A stretch of 64,000 bases of DNA from an uncultured Candidatus Binatia bacterium. Its GTDB lineage: Bacteria; Desulfobacterota; Binatia; Bin18. Under the pieces are notes generated by a model. That model worked only from the letters and a program-made list of their open reading frames with translations. It searched no databases and had not been told where the DNA came from. Where the stretch lies: positions 1,056,001-1,120,000 of the forward strand of contig OZ241744.1 of assembly GCA_965200965.1 (NCBI GenBank), read 5' to 3'. The number at the start of each line of letters is the position of its first letter. The first letter of the stretch is position 1. This document shows positions 1-9,433 of the stretch, piece by piece. The translations under genes were made by a program, and so were the position numbers.

Positions 1-2850
1 CCCCCGCTTCGAGCAAAACCGTTACCACAGCCGGGGTCGTGCTGGACGCCGCAGCATCATGCAGGGGAGTTCTGCCGGCCTGATCTTGGGCGTGGATGTC
101 CGCCCCGCCTTCAAGCAAGACCGCTACCACAGCCGGGGTCTCACTGTGCCTCGCCGCAAGATGTAGGGGGGTCCTGCCGAGCCAACCAGCTCGGGCGTTT
201 ACGTCCGCCCCGCCTTCAAGCAAGACCGTTACCACGACCAGGGGCTTGCTGGACTCCACCGCAACATGCAGGGGGGTCCTGCCGGCCTGATCTTGGGCGT
301 TTACATCCGCCCCGCCTTCAAGAAAGGCCGTTACCACGGCCGGGGGCTTGTTGGATTCCACCGCAAGATGCAGGGGGGTCCTGCCGCGGGATGCGTCTTC
401 AAGCCACCGATACACCTCTGTGCCTCTCAGCTTGTAATTCTTCTGGATCAAGTCAAAAGGAGTCTGACCAGATACGGTCTTGGCTGTCGGGTCTGCCCCG
501 CCTTCAAGCAAGGCCGTTACTACGGCCGGAGTCTTGCTGGACCTTGCTGCAAAATGCAGGGGGGTAAAGCCGGCCTCATCTCGGGCGCTTATGTCCGCCC
601 CCGCTTCAAGCAAGACCGTTACCACAGCCGGGAGATTGCTGAACCTCGCCGCATAATGCAGGGGGGTCCGGCCGGACTTAGTTCGGGCCTTTATGTCCGC
701 CCCCGCTTCAAGCAAGACCGTTACCACAGCCGGGAGATTGCTGGACGCCGCAGCAAGATACAAGGGGGTAAGATCGTACTGATCTCGGGCGCTCATGTCC
801 GCCCCCGCTTCAAGCAAGACCGTCACCACAGCCGGGGTCGTGCTGGACGCCGCAGCATCATGCAGGGGAGTTCTGCCGGCCTGACTTTGGGCGCTTATGT
901 CCGCCCCCGCTTCAAGCAAGACCGTCACCACAGCCGGGGTCGTGCTGGACGCCGCAGCATCATGCAGGGGAGTTCCGCCGTCCTGACTTTGGGCGCTTAT
1001 GTCCGCCCCCGCTTCAAGCAAGACCGTCACCACGACCGGAGTCTTGCTGAACGCCGCAGCATCATGCAGGGGAGTTCTGCCGGCCTGACTTTGGGCGCTT
1101 ATGTCCGCCCCCGCTTCAAGCAAGGCCGTTACCACGACCAGGGTCTTGCTGGACATCGCCGCATAATGCAAGGGGGTCCTGCCGTCCTGATCTTGGGCGT
1201 GGATATCCGCCCCCGCTTCGAGCAAGACCGCTACCACGGCCGGAGTCTTGCTGAACGCCGCCGCAACATGCAGGGGGGTCTCGCCGCCCTCCGATCGGGC
1301 GTGGATGTCCGCCCCCGCTTCAAGCAAGACCGTTATGACGGACGGGGTTTCACTGTGCATCGCCGCACCATGCAGGGGGGTCTCGCCGGCCTCCGTTCGG
1401 GCGTTTACGTCCGCCCCGCCTTCAAGCAAGGCCGTTACCACGGCCAGGGGCTTGCTGGACCTTGCCGCATCATGCAGGGGGGTCCTGCCGCCCTTACCTT
1501 GGGCGTTTATGTCCGCCCCCGCTTCGAGCAAAACCGTTACCACAGCCGGGGGCTTGCTGGACCTCGCCGCATAATGCAGAGGGGTCTCGCCGGCCTCCGT
1601 TCGGGCGTTTACGTCCGCCCCCGCTTCAAGCAAGACCGCTACCACAGCCGGGGTCTCACTGTACCTCGCCGCAAGATGCAGGGGGGTCTCGCCGTCCTCA
1701 GCTTGGGCGTTTACGTCCGCCCCGCCTTCAAGCAAAGCCGTTACTACGACCGGGGGCTTGCTGGACATCGCCGCAAGATGCAGGGGGGTCCTGCCGGCCT
1801 CATTTTGGGCGTTTACGTCCGCCCCGCCTTCAAGCAAGACCGTTACCACGGCCGGGGTCTCACTGGACGCCGCCGCATCATGCAGGGGAGTCCTGCCGGT
1901 CTCCGTTCGGGCGTTTACGTCCGCCCCGCCTTCAAGCAAGGCCGTTACCACGACCGGGGTCTCACTGGACGCCGCCGCAACATGCAGGGGAGTCCTGCCG
2001 GTCTCCGTTCGGGCGTTTACGTCCGCCCCGCCTTCAAGCAAGGCCGTTACCACGACCGGGGTCTCACTGGACGCCGCCGCAACATGCAGGGGAGTCCTGC
2101 CGAGCCAACTAGCTCGGGCGTGTATATCCGCCCCGCCTTCAAGCAAGGCCGTTACTACGGCGGCCAGGGTCTTGCTGGACATTGCCGCATCATGCAGGGG
2201 AGTCCTGCCGAGCCAACTAGCTCGGGCGTGTATATCCGCCCCGCCTTCAAGCAAGGCCGTTACCACGGCCGGGGTCTTGCTGTCCTCCGCCGCAAAATGC
2301 AGGGGGGTCTCGCCGGCCTCCGTTCGGGCGTTTACGTCCGCCCCGCCTTCAAGCAAGGCCGTTACCACGACCAGGGTCTTGCTGGACCTTGCCGCATCAT
2401 GCAGGGGGGTCCTGCCGGCCTCCGTTCGGGCGTGGATGTCCGCCCCCGCTTCAAGCAAGACCGTTATGACGGACGGGGTTTCACTGTGCCTCGCCGCATC
2501 ATGCAGGGGGGTCTCGCCGACCTCCGTTCGGGCGTGGATGTCCGCCCCCGCTTCAAGCAAGACCGTTATGACGGACGGGGTTTCACTGTGCCTCGCCGCA
2601 TCATGCAGGGGGGTCTCGCCGACCTCCGTTCGGGCGTGGATGTCCGCCCCCGCTTCAAGCAAGACCGTTATGACGGACGGGGTCTCACTGTGCCTCGCCG
2701 CATCATGCAGGGGAGTCCTGCCGCCCTGATCTTGGGCGTTTATGTCCGCCCCCGCTTCGAGCAAGACCGTTATGACGGCCGGGGTTTCACTGTGCCTCGC
2801 CGCACTATGCAGGGGGGTCCTGCCGTCCTGATCTTGGGCGTTTACGTCCG
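1..2850. repeat. Coding tandem repeat, 102-bp period (some 105/108-bp units): 23 units, a cap-like interruption at about 385-500, then at least 4 more units
   Basis: Recurring cgcccc(c)gc(c)ttcaagcaag and catgcagggg motifs. Several adjacent units are nearly identical (e.g. 2430-2730). Confidence 0.95.
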
Positions 2851-2941
2851 CTCCGCTGGCCAGCACTGCCTTAACGGCTTCCGGGGTAGCGGATTTCCAG
2901 AAGTTTTCATCGAATAATTGCAGTGTGTTCAGGGTAGACAT
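1..2941 (-). CDS. Very long ankyrin-repeat protein (partial, runs off the left edge)
   Basis: Manual minus-strand translation from ATG 2941 (alternative 2950): MSTLNTLQLFDENFWKSATPEAVKAVLASGADVNAQDQDGRTPLHSAA..., followed by repeated GADxxA...GxTPLHxAA...VVxxLLEx units. The His codons I checked stay in one frame down to position 59. It is probably missing from the ORF track because its stop lies outside the window. Confidence 0.93.
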   Translation of the reverse strand, partial: MSTLNTLQLFDENFWKSATPEAVKAVLASGADVNAQDQDGRTPLHSAARHSETPAVITVLLEAGADINAQDQGGRTPLHDAARHSETPSVITVLLEAGADIHARTEVGETPLHDAARHSETPSVITVLLEAGADIHARTEVGETPLHDAARHSETPSVITVLLEAGADIHARTEAGRTPLHDAARSSKTLVVVTALLEGGADVNARTEAGETPLHFAAEDSKTPAVVTALLEGGADIHARASWLGRTPLHDAAMSSKTLAAVVTALLEGGADIHARASWLGRTPLHVAAASSETPVVVTALLEGGADVNARTETGRTPLHVAAASSETPVVVTALLEGGADVNARTETGRTPLHDAAASSETPAVVTVLLEGGADVNAQNEAGRTPLHLAAMSSKPPVVVTALLEGGADVNAQAEDGETPLHLAARYSETPAVVAVLLEAGADVNARTEAGETPLHYAARSSKPPAVVTVLLEAGADINAQGKGGRTPLHDAARSSKPLAVVTALLEGGADVNARTEAGETPLHGAAMHSETPSVITVLLEAGADIHARSEGGETPLHVAAAFSKTPAVVAVLLEAGADIHAQDQDGRTPLHYAAMSSKTLVVVTALLEAGADISAQSQAGRTPLHDAAAFSKTPVVVTVLLEAGADISAQSQDGGTPLHDAAASSTTPAVVTVLLEAGADISAQSQAGRTPLHDAAASSTTPAVVTVLLEAGADMSARDQYDLTPLYLAAASSNLPAVVTVLLEAGADIKARTKSGRTPLHYAARFSNLPAVVTVLLEAGADISARDEAGFTPLHFAARSSKTPAVVTALLEGGADPTAKTVSGQTPFDLIQKNYKLRGTEVYRWLEDASRGRTPLHLAVESNKPPAVVTAFLEGGADVNAQDQAGRTPLHVAVESSKPLVVVTVLLEGGADVNARAGWLGRTPLHLAARHSETPAVVAVLLEGGADIHAQDQAGRTPLHDAAASSTTPAVVTVLLEAG

Positions 2942-2960
2942 TTGTCGCATTGGGCATTCC

Positions 2961-3203
2961 TTAGTCCGTAGCAACGAGCTCATGCCGGACCGTATCCCAG
3001 TATAATACCAGGTCTGAGGGGTCGCGGAGCCCTTGCAGGGCTACCGTCAGGTCGTCAAAGTCCTCCAGGTATCGTTCAACCGCCTGGCGAACGACGGCCG
3101 CACGGCTGCGGTTCAACTCGGTGGCGGCCATGTCCAGGGCTTCAACGAGGGCGTCCGGCAGGCGCGCGGCTATCCGGCGCATACCTGAGACGCTATCCAT
3201 CAC
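2961..3203 (-). CDS. Ribbon-helix-helix (CopG/RelB-like) antitoxin-type protein, no adjacent toxin
   Basis: IAARLPDALVEALDMAATELNRSRAAVVRQAVERYLEDFDDL fits the RHH pattern with an acidic C-terminus. Confidence 0.75.
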   Translation of the reverse strand: MMDSVSGMRRIAARLPDALVEALDMAATELNRSRAAVVRQAVERYLEDFDDLTVALQGLRDPSDLVLYWDTVRHELVATD

Positions 3204-3796
3204 ACATTTTCCAAACTCAACGCGGTATCCAGCTCGGGGTCAAGCTGGACGCCGAGGGTGTTGAGGGCCATTGAGACCAGGTTGTACTGGCCGATGGCAA
3301 ACACGATGTCCATCAACTGCCGGGTGGTGTAGTGGGCACTCAAGCCCTGCCAAGTGGCGTCGCTGATGCAGGCGTCGGCGTGGAGTTCGTCGGTGGCTGT
3401 GAGCAACAGCCGGTCGCGCTCGCTCCAGCCCGGGGCGTCCGGGCCTTGGGCAATGCGGCGCACCTCGTCTTTGCTCATGCCGGCATCAAGGCCGATCTTG
3501 ACATGCTGGGTCCACTCATAATTGGCCCGACACAGATAGCCGATGCGCAGGATGACCAGCTCGCGTTCGCGGGCCGGAACGGTCGATTTGAACAGCACAT
3601 GGTTGGCAAACACCAGCCAGCGGCGGAACAGGTCCGGATGGTGGGCCATGGTCTTGAAGATGTTATACACCGTGCCGGTGCCGACCATTGGCCGGAAAAT
3701 CTCCTGGACCTGTTCGTCCCAGTGGTCTTGTTCCAGGGGCGGGACACGCGGGGTGCCCGGTCGGGTGCTCATGCGGGTACTTGTGCGGGTGCTCAT
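3200..3796 (-). CDS. Carboxymuconolactone decarboxylase/AhpD family protein
   Basis: RERELVILRIGYLCRANYEWTQH motif. Start set at the ATG following an AAGGAGGA RBS. Confidence 0.85.
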   Translation of the reverse strand: MSTRTSTRMSTRPGTPRVPPLEQDHWDEQVQEIFRPMVGTGTVYNIFKTMAHHPDLFRRWLVFANHVLFKSTVPARERELVILRIGYLCRANYEWTQHVKIGLDAGMSKDEVRRIAQGPDAPGWSERDRLLLTATDELHADACISDATWQGLSAHYTTRQLMDIVFAIGQYNLVSMALNTLGVQLDPELDTALSLENV

Positions 3797-3821
3797 GGGG
3801 TCCTCCTTGTGGGTGGCCGGC

Positions 3822-4697
3822 TCAGATGCGCGGCGTGCCTTCCGGCTCCGGAATGACCGGGTTTTCAAGCTGGCCGATTTTGTCAATCGTAATCCTGACC
3901 GTATCGCCCGGCCGCAGCATCCGGGGGGGCTTCATGGCAAAGCCGACCCCGCTCGGCGTGCCGGTTGAAATTACGTCGCCCGGCTCCAGGGTGAACACGG
4001 TTGACAGGTGCTCAACCAGCGCAAAGCAGTCGAACAGCAACTCGCGCGTGTTGGAGTCCTGGCGCAACTCGCCGTTGACCCAGGTCTTGATAGCCAGGCC
4101 GTGGGGGTCGCCTATCTCATCCGCGGTGACAATACACGGTCCGAGCGGGCAGTGGGTGTCCCAGGACTTGCCCATTGTGAAGGTCGGTACCCGCAACTGC
4201 CAGTCACGGACGCTGACATCGTTGGCAATCGTATAGCCGGCAATCACCTCAGCCGCCCGGCTTTTGGGCACATGGCGGCAGAAGCGGCCGATGACGACCG
4301 CCAGCTCACACTCATAGTCCACCTGGTCTGAGGCACGCGGAATATGGATCGGGTCGCTCGGGCCGGTAACTGCGGTTGACTGCTTGTTGAAGATCATCGG
4401 CACTGTGGGCGTTTTCATGCCGGCCTCGGCAATGTGATCTGTATAGTTCAGGCCAACGGCCAGAATCTTGGGCGGACGCAGGATGGGCGCTTCAATTTTG
4501 AGCTCGTCCAGCCCAAGGCGGCCCGCGCCCGTGTGGGTGGCCTGCTGGGCCGCGGCCAGGGCCGGGCTGCCGGCCTCAAGCAAGGCGCACATTTCGCGCG
4601 GGAGCTCGGGGGCCGCGGCCGACAGGTCTATCACTGCCCCGTTCTCCAGGACACCGATACGGGTTGCGCCAACGTGGGTGAATGTGACCAGTTTCAT
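3822..4697 (-). CDS. Fumarylacetoacetate hydrolase family protein
   Basis: KILAVGLNY, DYECELAVVIG, NDVSVRDWQ, GKSWDT and TGTPSGVG motifs. Confidence 0.93.
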   Translation of the reverse strand: MKLVTFTHVGATRIGVLENGAVIDLSAAAPELPREMCALLEAGSPALAAAQQATHTGAGRLGLDELKIEAPILRPPKILAVGLNYTDHIAEAGMKTPTVPMIFNKQSTAVTGPSDPIHIPRASDQVDYECELAVVIGRFCRHVPKSRAAEVIAGYTIANDVSVRDWQLRVPTFTMGKSWDTHCPLGPCIVTADEIGDPHGLAIKTWVNGELRQDSNTRELLFDCFALVEHLSTVFTLEPGDVISTGTPSGVGFAMKPPRMLRPGDTVRITIDKIGQLENPVIPEPEGTPRI

Positions 4698-4789
4698 ACG
4701 CTCTCCTCCTGTACGCGCCGGTCTTGCCGACTTGCTCCCGGAGCCTAGCAGATTCCGTGGGCTGGGAGTATACGCGGGCGGGCCGCCCC

Positions 4790-7693
4790 TCAGCCCAGGC
4801 TCGCCAGGACTGCTCTGGCGTCTTGGGCGTCTGGGGTGTCAAGCCCTTCGCTGAACCAGCCGTACACCGAGGCGAGAGCCTGTTGGGCCTGTTGCATCTT
4901 GCCCTGTCGCTGCCACAGACGGCTGAGGCTGAGGGCGGCGCGCAATTCCCAGGACTTTGCGCTCTGACGGCGGGCAATTTTCATGGCCAGCAACAAACAG
5001 TCTTCGGCCTCTGAAGAGGCGGCGTGAGGTCCCCCGTTCTCCCCGGCCAGCAGCAACTCGCCCCGCAGCCGGTACAGCTCGGGTTCGCAGAAGCGTTCGT
5101 CTGTGCTCCGAATGATGCCCAGCGCGTCGCCCAGGACGCGCACGCCCTCCTCAGTCCGGCCGGCCAGGCCGCAGGCGTCGGCCAGCAGGCCGAGCAAATA
5201 GGGTCTGCCCCAGCCAACCCCGCTCTTCTGGGCGCGGGTCAGCCCCCGGTGGCTCTGCTTAACGCCATCTTCGGCCTGTCCTTGCCTGGCCAGCGCCCAG
5301 CCCTGGAGGACAGTGGCCACGGCAGACGGGAAAGACAGGCCGTGTTCGGTGGCCAGGCTCAGCCCCCGGCTGGCCTGCTCGTGGACCAGCTGCCACTCCC
5401 CGCGGTGCTGGTGGAGCCAAGCCGAGCACAGGACCGCCCAGACCAACTCAAGCGGAGAAGTCGCCTCGTGGGCCATACGCTGGGCCTGTTCGTTGAGGCT
5501 CAGCGCCTGCTCGGGGTAGCCGAGATACCAGACAGTCCAGGCCGCCACAGAACAGGCCGTCGTTTTCGGGTTGGTCCCGTAGCGAAGCGCCAGGCTGCGG
5601 TGTTTGTTGGCCTGGTAGAGGGCGATCGACTGCTCAAAATGCTCACGCGCTGCCGTGTACTCGCCCAGCCACAAACACACCATTCCGAGGCCGACCTGCG
5701 CGCTCAGACGCAGAGCGCGTTCTCCGGCCTGTTCGGCCAGGCTGAGCTGTCGTTGGGCCACCTCACGCGCGGTCCGGTACTCGGCCCGAGCCGCATAAAA
5801 CTGGCCGACGCTATACAGCAGGGGAGAGAGCCTGCGGTCATCCGCCAAGCGTGAGGACAACTCGTGCGCCCGTCCATACGCCTGCTCGACCTCAGGCGTG
5901 CTCAAGCTGTGTTCGGCCGCCAACACCCGGCCCAGCCACGCCTGGAACGCAAACTCGAGCTGGTCGCGCGCCGCGGCATCGGGCAGCTTCGGCAGCGCGG
6001 CCAAGCCGTGCCGAAGCTGCCCGGCCGCCTCGCGGTAGGCCGCTTGGTGGTAGGCCCGTTGTCCGGCCTGGAGCCAATAGGCCAGGGCCGGTTTGATCGT
6101 CTCGGCCCTGGCATAGTGACGCGCCACCCACTCGGGTTGGGTCTGGGCAAGCCCGGAGCAGCGCTGGGTCAGGAAGGTTGCGTAGCCGTGGTGATATTTC
6201 CGGCGTGTGGTGGGTGGTATGGACGTGTAGGCGGCCTGGTGGATCGCGTCATGGGCAAAACGATAGTGCGCCTGAGGAACCGGGCCGTGCTGGACAAGCA
6301 GCCCGGAGCGGACTAACTGGGTGCATCGCTCCTGGAGGCAGCTCTCGTCCGTAGACAACAAGTGCCGCAACGTTTCATATGAAAAGGCGGGACCGAGCAC
6401 CGCCCCAAGTTGGACGACCTCCCGGGCCTGGGACAGCTTCTCCAGCCGGGCCGCCAGCGCCTCGGCCAAGGTCGTCGGCAGCAGTTCGGCGGGTGGAGCG
6501 TGGAGGCCGTCGCCCGTGGGCAGGGCTGAGTCAAGAGCGAGTGCGGTAAGCGCTTCGGCAAACAGCGGAAGGCCGGCACTGGTGGTGGTAATGGCGTGGA
6601 GCAACTCGTCAGGGAGGGCCGTCCCGTCGGCCAGACGCCTGACCAGCGCCTCGGTGGCCGGCGCTTCCAGGGGGTCAAGCGAGAGCGGAGTCAGGGAGGA
6701 ACGGTTTGACCAGGGCACGACAAACTCCGGTCGAAAGGTGCAAACGGTGAGCATTCGGAGTTGGGGCGTCTGCTCGATCAGCCGGCCGAGAAGCTCCAGG
6801 GTAGACGGGTCGGCCCAGTGCAGGTCCTCCCAGCACAGAAAGACGGGGGAGTGTTGGGCTTCGTGGAGCAACCAGGCGGTCAGCCCGGCGTACACGCCCC
6901 GACGGTCCAGGTGCGGAGACACCGGCTGCGGTCCGCCGCGGTCGTCAAGCGGGACCGACAGCAGACGGGCAAAGATCGGCAGCATCTCATCCGCCGCCAG
7001 ATCATGCGTCCGCAAGAAGGTCTCCAGCCGATCAAGCCGTTTGTCGGTCGTCTGCCACTCCAGGCGATGCTGTAAATGGTCAACAACAGGCCGCAGCGCG
7101 GACAACTGGCGGTCGGACTGGCAGTGAAAGCTGAGACACCGCGCCCCGTCTTGCCGCGCGACGTGAGAGAGCCAGTCCACCAGCCGGGATTTCCCAATCC
7201 CTGCCGCGCCACTCACCAGGACGACTTGGCCAAAGCCCTCCTTGCTCTGCTCCCGACGGAGTTCACACAGGCCGACTTCCACATCGCGGCCAAACAGAAC
7301 CGGCGGATGCTGGTCCTGTCCGGCTCCAGGCGTGGCGTCTTGGCTCGGGTCGGGCTCATCTGCCGCGGGGCCGCTTGGGGTTTCCTGGGCCGGAGGGACG
7401 GACGGCGGCGAGCCGTTCCCGTCAGGCGGGCCGGCTGGGGCGGGCCGGGGAGCGGGCGGCTCAGCCACGGGCCGGTCCTGCCCGGTCCAGACCAGGCCTT
7501 TCCCGTCTTCGTCTGTCGCCAGCCGCTTGAAGACCAGCTCAGTACGCACATCCTCCAGCAGCGCCTCATCGCAGCCCAGACCACGTTTCAGAGCGTGGTA
7601 GCTGCACCGCCCTTCCTGCCGGAGACGGGCGATCACGACCGGCAGCACCTCCCACAGATCGGACGCATCAAACCCACACCGAGCGCAGCGCAT
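4790..7693 (-). CDS. STAND/AAA ATPase with C-terminal TPR-like repeats (adenylate-cyclase-family architecture lacking a recognisable cyclase domain)
   Basis: Walker A GAAGIGKS, Walker B WEDLHWAD, YRFAHDAI, and the C-terminal AKSWELRAALSLSRLW...YGWFSEGLDTPD typical of this family. Confidence 0.85.
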   Translation of the reverse strand: MRCARCGFDASDLWEVLPVVIARLRQEGRCSYHALKRGLGCDEALLEDVRTELVFKRLATDEDGKGLVWTGQDRPVAEPPAPRPAPAGPPDGNGSPPSVPPAQETPSGPAADEPDPSQDATPGAGQDQHPPVLFGRDVEVGLCELRREQSKEGFGQVVLVSGAAGIGKSRLVDWLSHVARQDGARCLSFHCQSDRQLSALRPVVDHLQHRLEWQTTDKRLDRLETFLRTHDLAADEMLPIFARLLSVPLDDRGGPQPVSPHLDRRGVYAGLTAWLLHEAQHSPVFLCWEDLHWADPSTLELLGRLIEQTPQLRMLTVCTFRPEFVVPWSNRSSLTPLSLDPLEAPATEALVRRLADGTALPDELLHAITTTSAGLPLFAEALTALALDSALPTGDGLHAPPAELLPTTLAEALAARLEKLSQAREVVQLGAVLGPAFSYETLRHLLSTDESCLQERCTQLVRSGLLVQHGPVPQAHYRFAHDAIHQAAYTSIPPTTRRKYHHGYATFLTQRCSGLAQTQPEWVARHYARAETIKPALAYWLQAGQRAYHQAAYREAAGQLRHGLAALPKLPDAAARDQLEFAFQAWLGRVLAAEHSLSTPEVEQAYGRAHELSSRLADDRRLSPLLYSVGQFYAARAEYRTAREVAQRQLSLAEQAGERALRLSAQVGLGMVCLWLGEYTAAREHFEQSIALYQANKHRSLALRYGTNPKTTACSVAAWTVWYLGYPEQALSLNEQAQRMAHEATSPLELVWAVLCSAWLHQHRGEWQLVHEQASRGLSLATEHGLSFPSAVATVLQGWALARQGQAEDGVKQSHRGLTRAQKSGVGWGRPYLLGLLADACGLAGRTEEGVRVLGDALGIIRSTDERFCEPELYRLRGELLLAGENGGPHAASSEAEDCLLLAMKIARRQSAKSWELRAALSLSRLWQRQGKMQQAQQALASVYGWFSEGLDTPDAQDARAVLASLG

Positions 7694-7850
7694 GTCCCTC
7701 CCTTCGGCCCGTCAGGAACGAGTCATGTATAAGGTTCCGGCCGGTAGCTCAAGCGGCCCGCCTGAGCCGGCCTGTCCGGCCCACCCTCCCCTCGCCCCCA
7801 GGGAGCAGCCATGCTAGCCTGCTCCCCACAAAAACACGAGAGTGTGGCCT

Positions 7851-8507
7851 ATGGGTCCAGACCAACTGCTGACATTCTGGTTTGCCGATGCCGCCACAGA
7901 CCCGCCGGCGGCCAACAAGCGCTACTCCTTCTGGTTCGAGGCGAACCCGGATGTTGACGACCAGATTCGGGGCCGGTTCTCCGGGCTGTACGCCCAAGCC
8001 GGCAGCCGCGGGCTGGACGGCTGGCAGACCGCGGCCCGCTCCTGCCTGGCCCTTGTCATCACCCTGGATCAGCTGCCGCGCAACCTGTTTCGGGGTACAC
8101 CCGCGGCGTTTGGCACAGACCCGCCGGCCCAGCGTGTCTGTCAGCATGGTCTGGAAAAAAATTATCTGGCCCAGCTCACACCCGCCGAGCAAGCCTTCTT
8201 CCTCATGCCGCTCCAGCACGCCGAGGATATCGCCCTCCAGGAAGAGTCGGTCCGACGCTGCCAGGCCCTCCTGGCCCAAGCCCCGCCCGACTGGCGCGCG
8301 TTTCTCAACTCATGGCTCGGCTTCGCCCGCAAACACCTGACCATCATTCAGCGTTTCGGCCGCTTTCCGCACCGCAATGTCATCCTCGGACGCCGGTCCA
8401 CACCAGACGAGCAGGCGTTCCTGGATTCGGGCAGCGGGTCGTTTGGCCAAGCTCCGGCAGGCGAGCCAGACCGGCGGCCCCGACCCGTCTCAAGCGACAC
8501 GCCCTAG
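7851..8507 (+). CDS. DUF924 family protein
   Basis: LLTFWF, LDQLPRNLFRG, MPLQHAE and RFGRFPHRNVILGR motifs. Confidence 0.9.
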   Translation: MGPDQLLTFWFADAATDPPAANKRYSFWFEANPDVDDQIRGRFSGLYAQAGSRGLDGWQTAARSCLALVITLDQLPRNLFRGTPAAFGTDPPAQRVCQHGLEKNYLAQLTPAEQAFFLMPLQHAEDIALQEESVRRCQALLAQAPPDWRAFLNSWLGFARKHLTIIQRFGRFPHRNVILGRRSTPDEQAFLDSGSGSFGQAPAGEPDRRPRPVSSDTP

Positions 8508-8580
8508 CCGCACACGCTCTCGAACTTCCGCCACGAAAATGCTGCGCGTGAAAGCCGAGGCGGCGGCCCCGGCCCGGCGG

Positions 8581-9033
8581 CTACGCCTGCGCCTCTTTGC
8601 CCACGACCAAGACCGGGCACGGGGCGTGACGGACCACCCGCTCAGCCACACTGCCGAGCAGGACATGGCTCAGGCCTGTCCTGCCATGTGAGCCCATCAC
8701 AATCAGGGTGCTCTTGGCCTGTTCGGCGATGGTACAGATATCGTGAAACGGTGAGCCAAGCACGACCGTGGTCTTGATCGCGCCCCCCGGCTTGTCAGCC
8801 CGGTCGGCCAGTGCCGCGATCTGCTTCCCAGCCTCATCCTTCAGGCTGCTCTCATAGTCGGCCGGATTAAACCCGCCCTCCCCGATCATCATCGGCGGGT
8901 AGGTCGGGGTGGGGACGACGTGCAGCAGTTCAAGCCTGGCCTGCCACTTGTCGGCCAACTCGAGCGCCCAGGCAAAAGCCCGGTCCGAATACCCGGAGAA
9001 ATCGGTCGGCACGAGAATGGAGTTGATTTTCAT
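8581..9033 (-). CDS. Universal stress protein
   Basis: ILVPTDFS...IVMGSHGRTGLSHVLLGSVAERVVRHAPCPVLVV. Confidence 0.93.
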   Translation of the reverse strand: MKINSILVPTDFSGYSDRAFAWALELADKWQARLELLHVVPTPTYPPMMIGEGGFNPADYESSLKDEAGKQIAALADRADKPGGAIKTTVVLGSPFHDICTIAEQAKSTLIVMGSHGRTGLSHVLLGSVAERVVRHAPCPVLVVGKEAQA

Positions 9034-9058
9034 CACGAATGCCTTTCTGGTGTGACAG

Positions 9059-9403
9059 TCACTTCGGAGGGGACAACAGGCCGGTGAGGCGTTGTATGAA
9101 TTGCCCGCTCCACTCACCGCCCCGATGTTTGGACAGCGCTTCCAGCTCACCCTTATCGAGCCAGATGCCCTGACACTCCGGACACTCGTCAATCGTGACC
9201 TCGTGGACTTCCCGCTGTCCGAGCCGCGCCCCACACCGCGGACAACGCAGATGGACACGTTCACGAAAGAGTTGCTCCTCTTCGTCGGCCTTTTTTTGTC
9301 TGAGCTGTTCAAGCAGCTCCCGGTCGCGCTCGGCAAAAAACCGGTTCTCCTCGGCGCGCTCTTTTTTGTCCAGGAATTGGCCGAGTCGATCTTTTTCGTC
9401 CAT
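9059..9403 (-). CDS. zf-TFIIB-type zinc-ribbon protein
   Basis: CPRCG...IDECPECQGIWLDKGEL. Confidence 0.85.
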   Translation of the reverse strand: MDEKDRLGQFLDKKERAEENRFFAERDRELLEQLRQKKADEEEQLFRERVHLRCPRCGARLGQREVHEVTIDECPECQGIWLDKGELEALSKHRGGEWSGQFIQRLTGLLSPPK

Positions 9404-9433
9404 TGCTCTTCCTCCTTGGCGGCTCAGCCGTGC

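Noticed and set aside
1-2850. Tandem repeats as a CRISPR array or DGR template/variable pair
   Set aside because: The period is a multiple of 3 and coding, there are no unique spacers, and no cas or reverse transcriptase gene is in the window.
266-2917. 883-aa plus-strand repetitive ORF and the other plus-strand ORFs in 1-2917
   Set aside because: Antisense shadow of the ankyrin array; the minus frame gives canonical TPLH ankyrin motifs.
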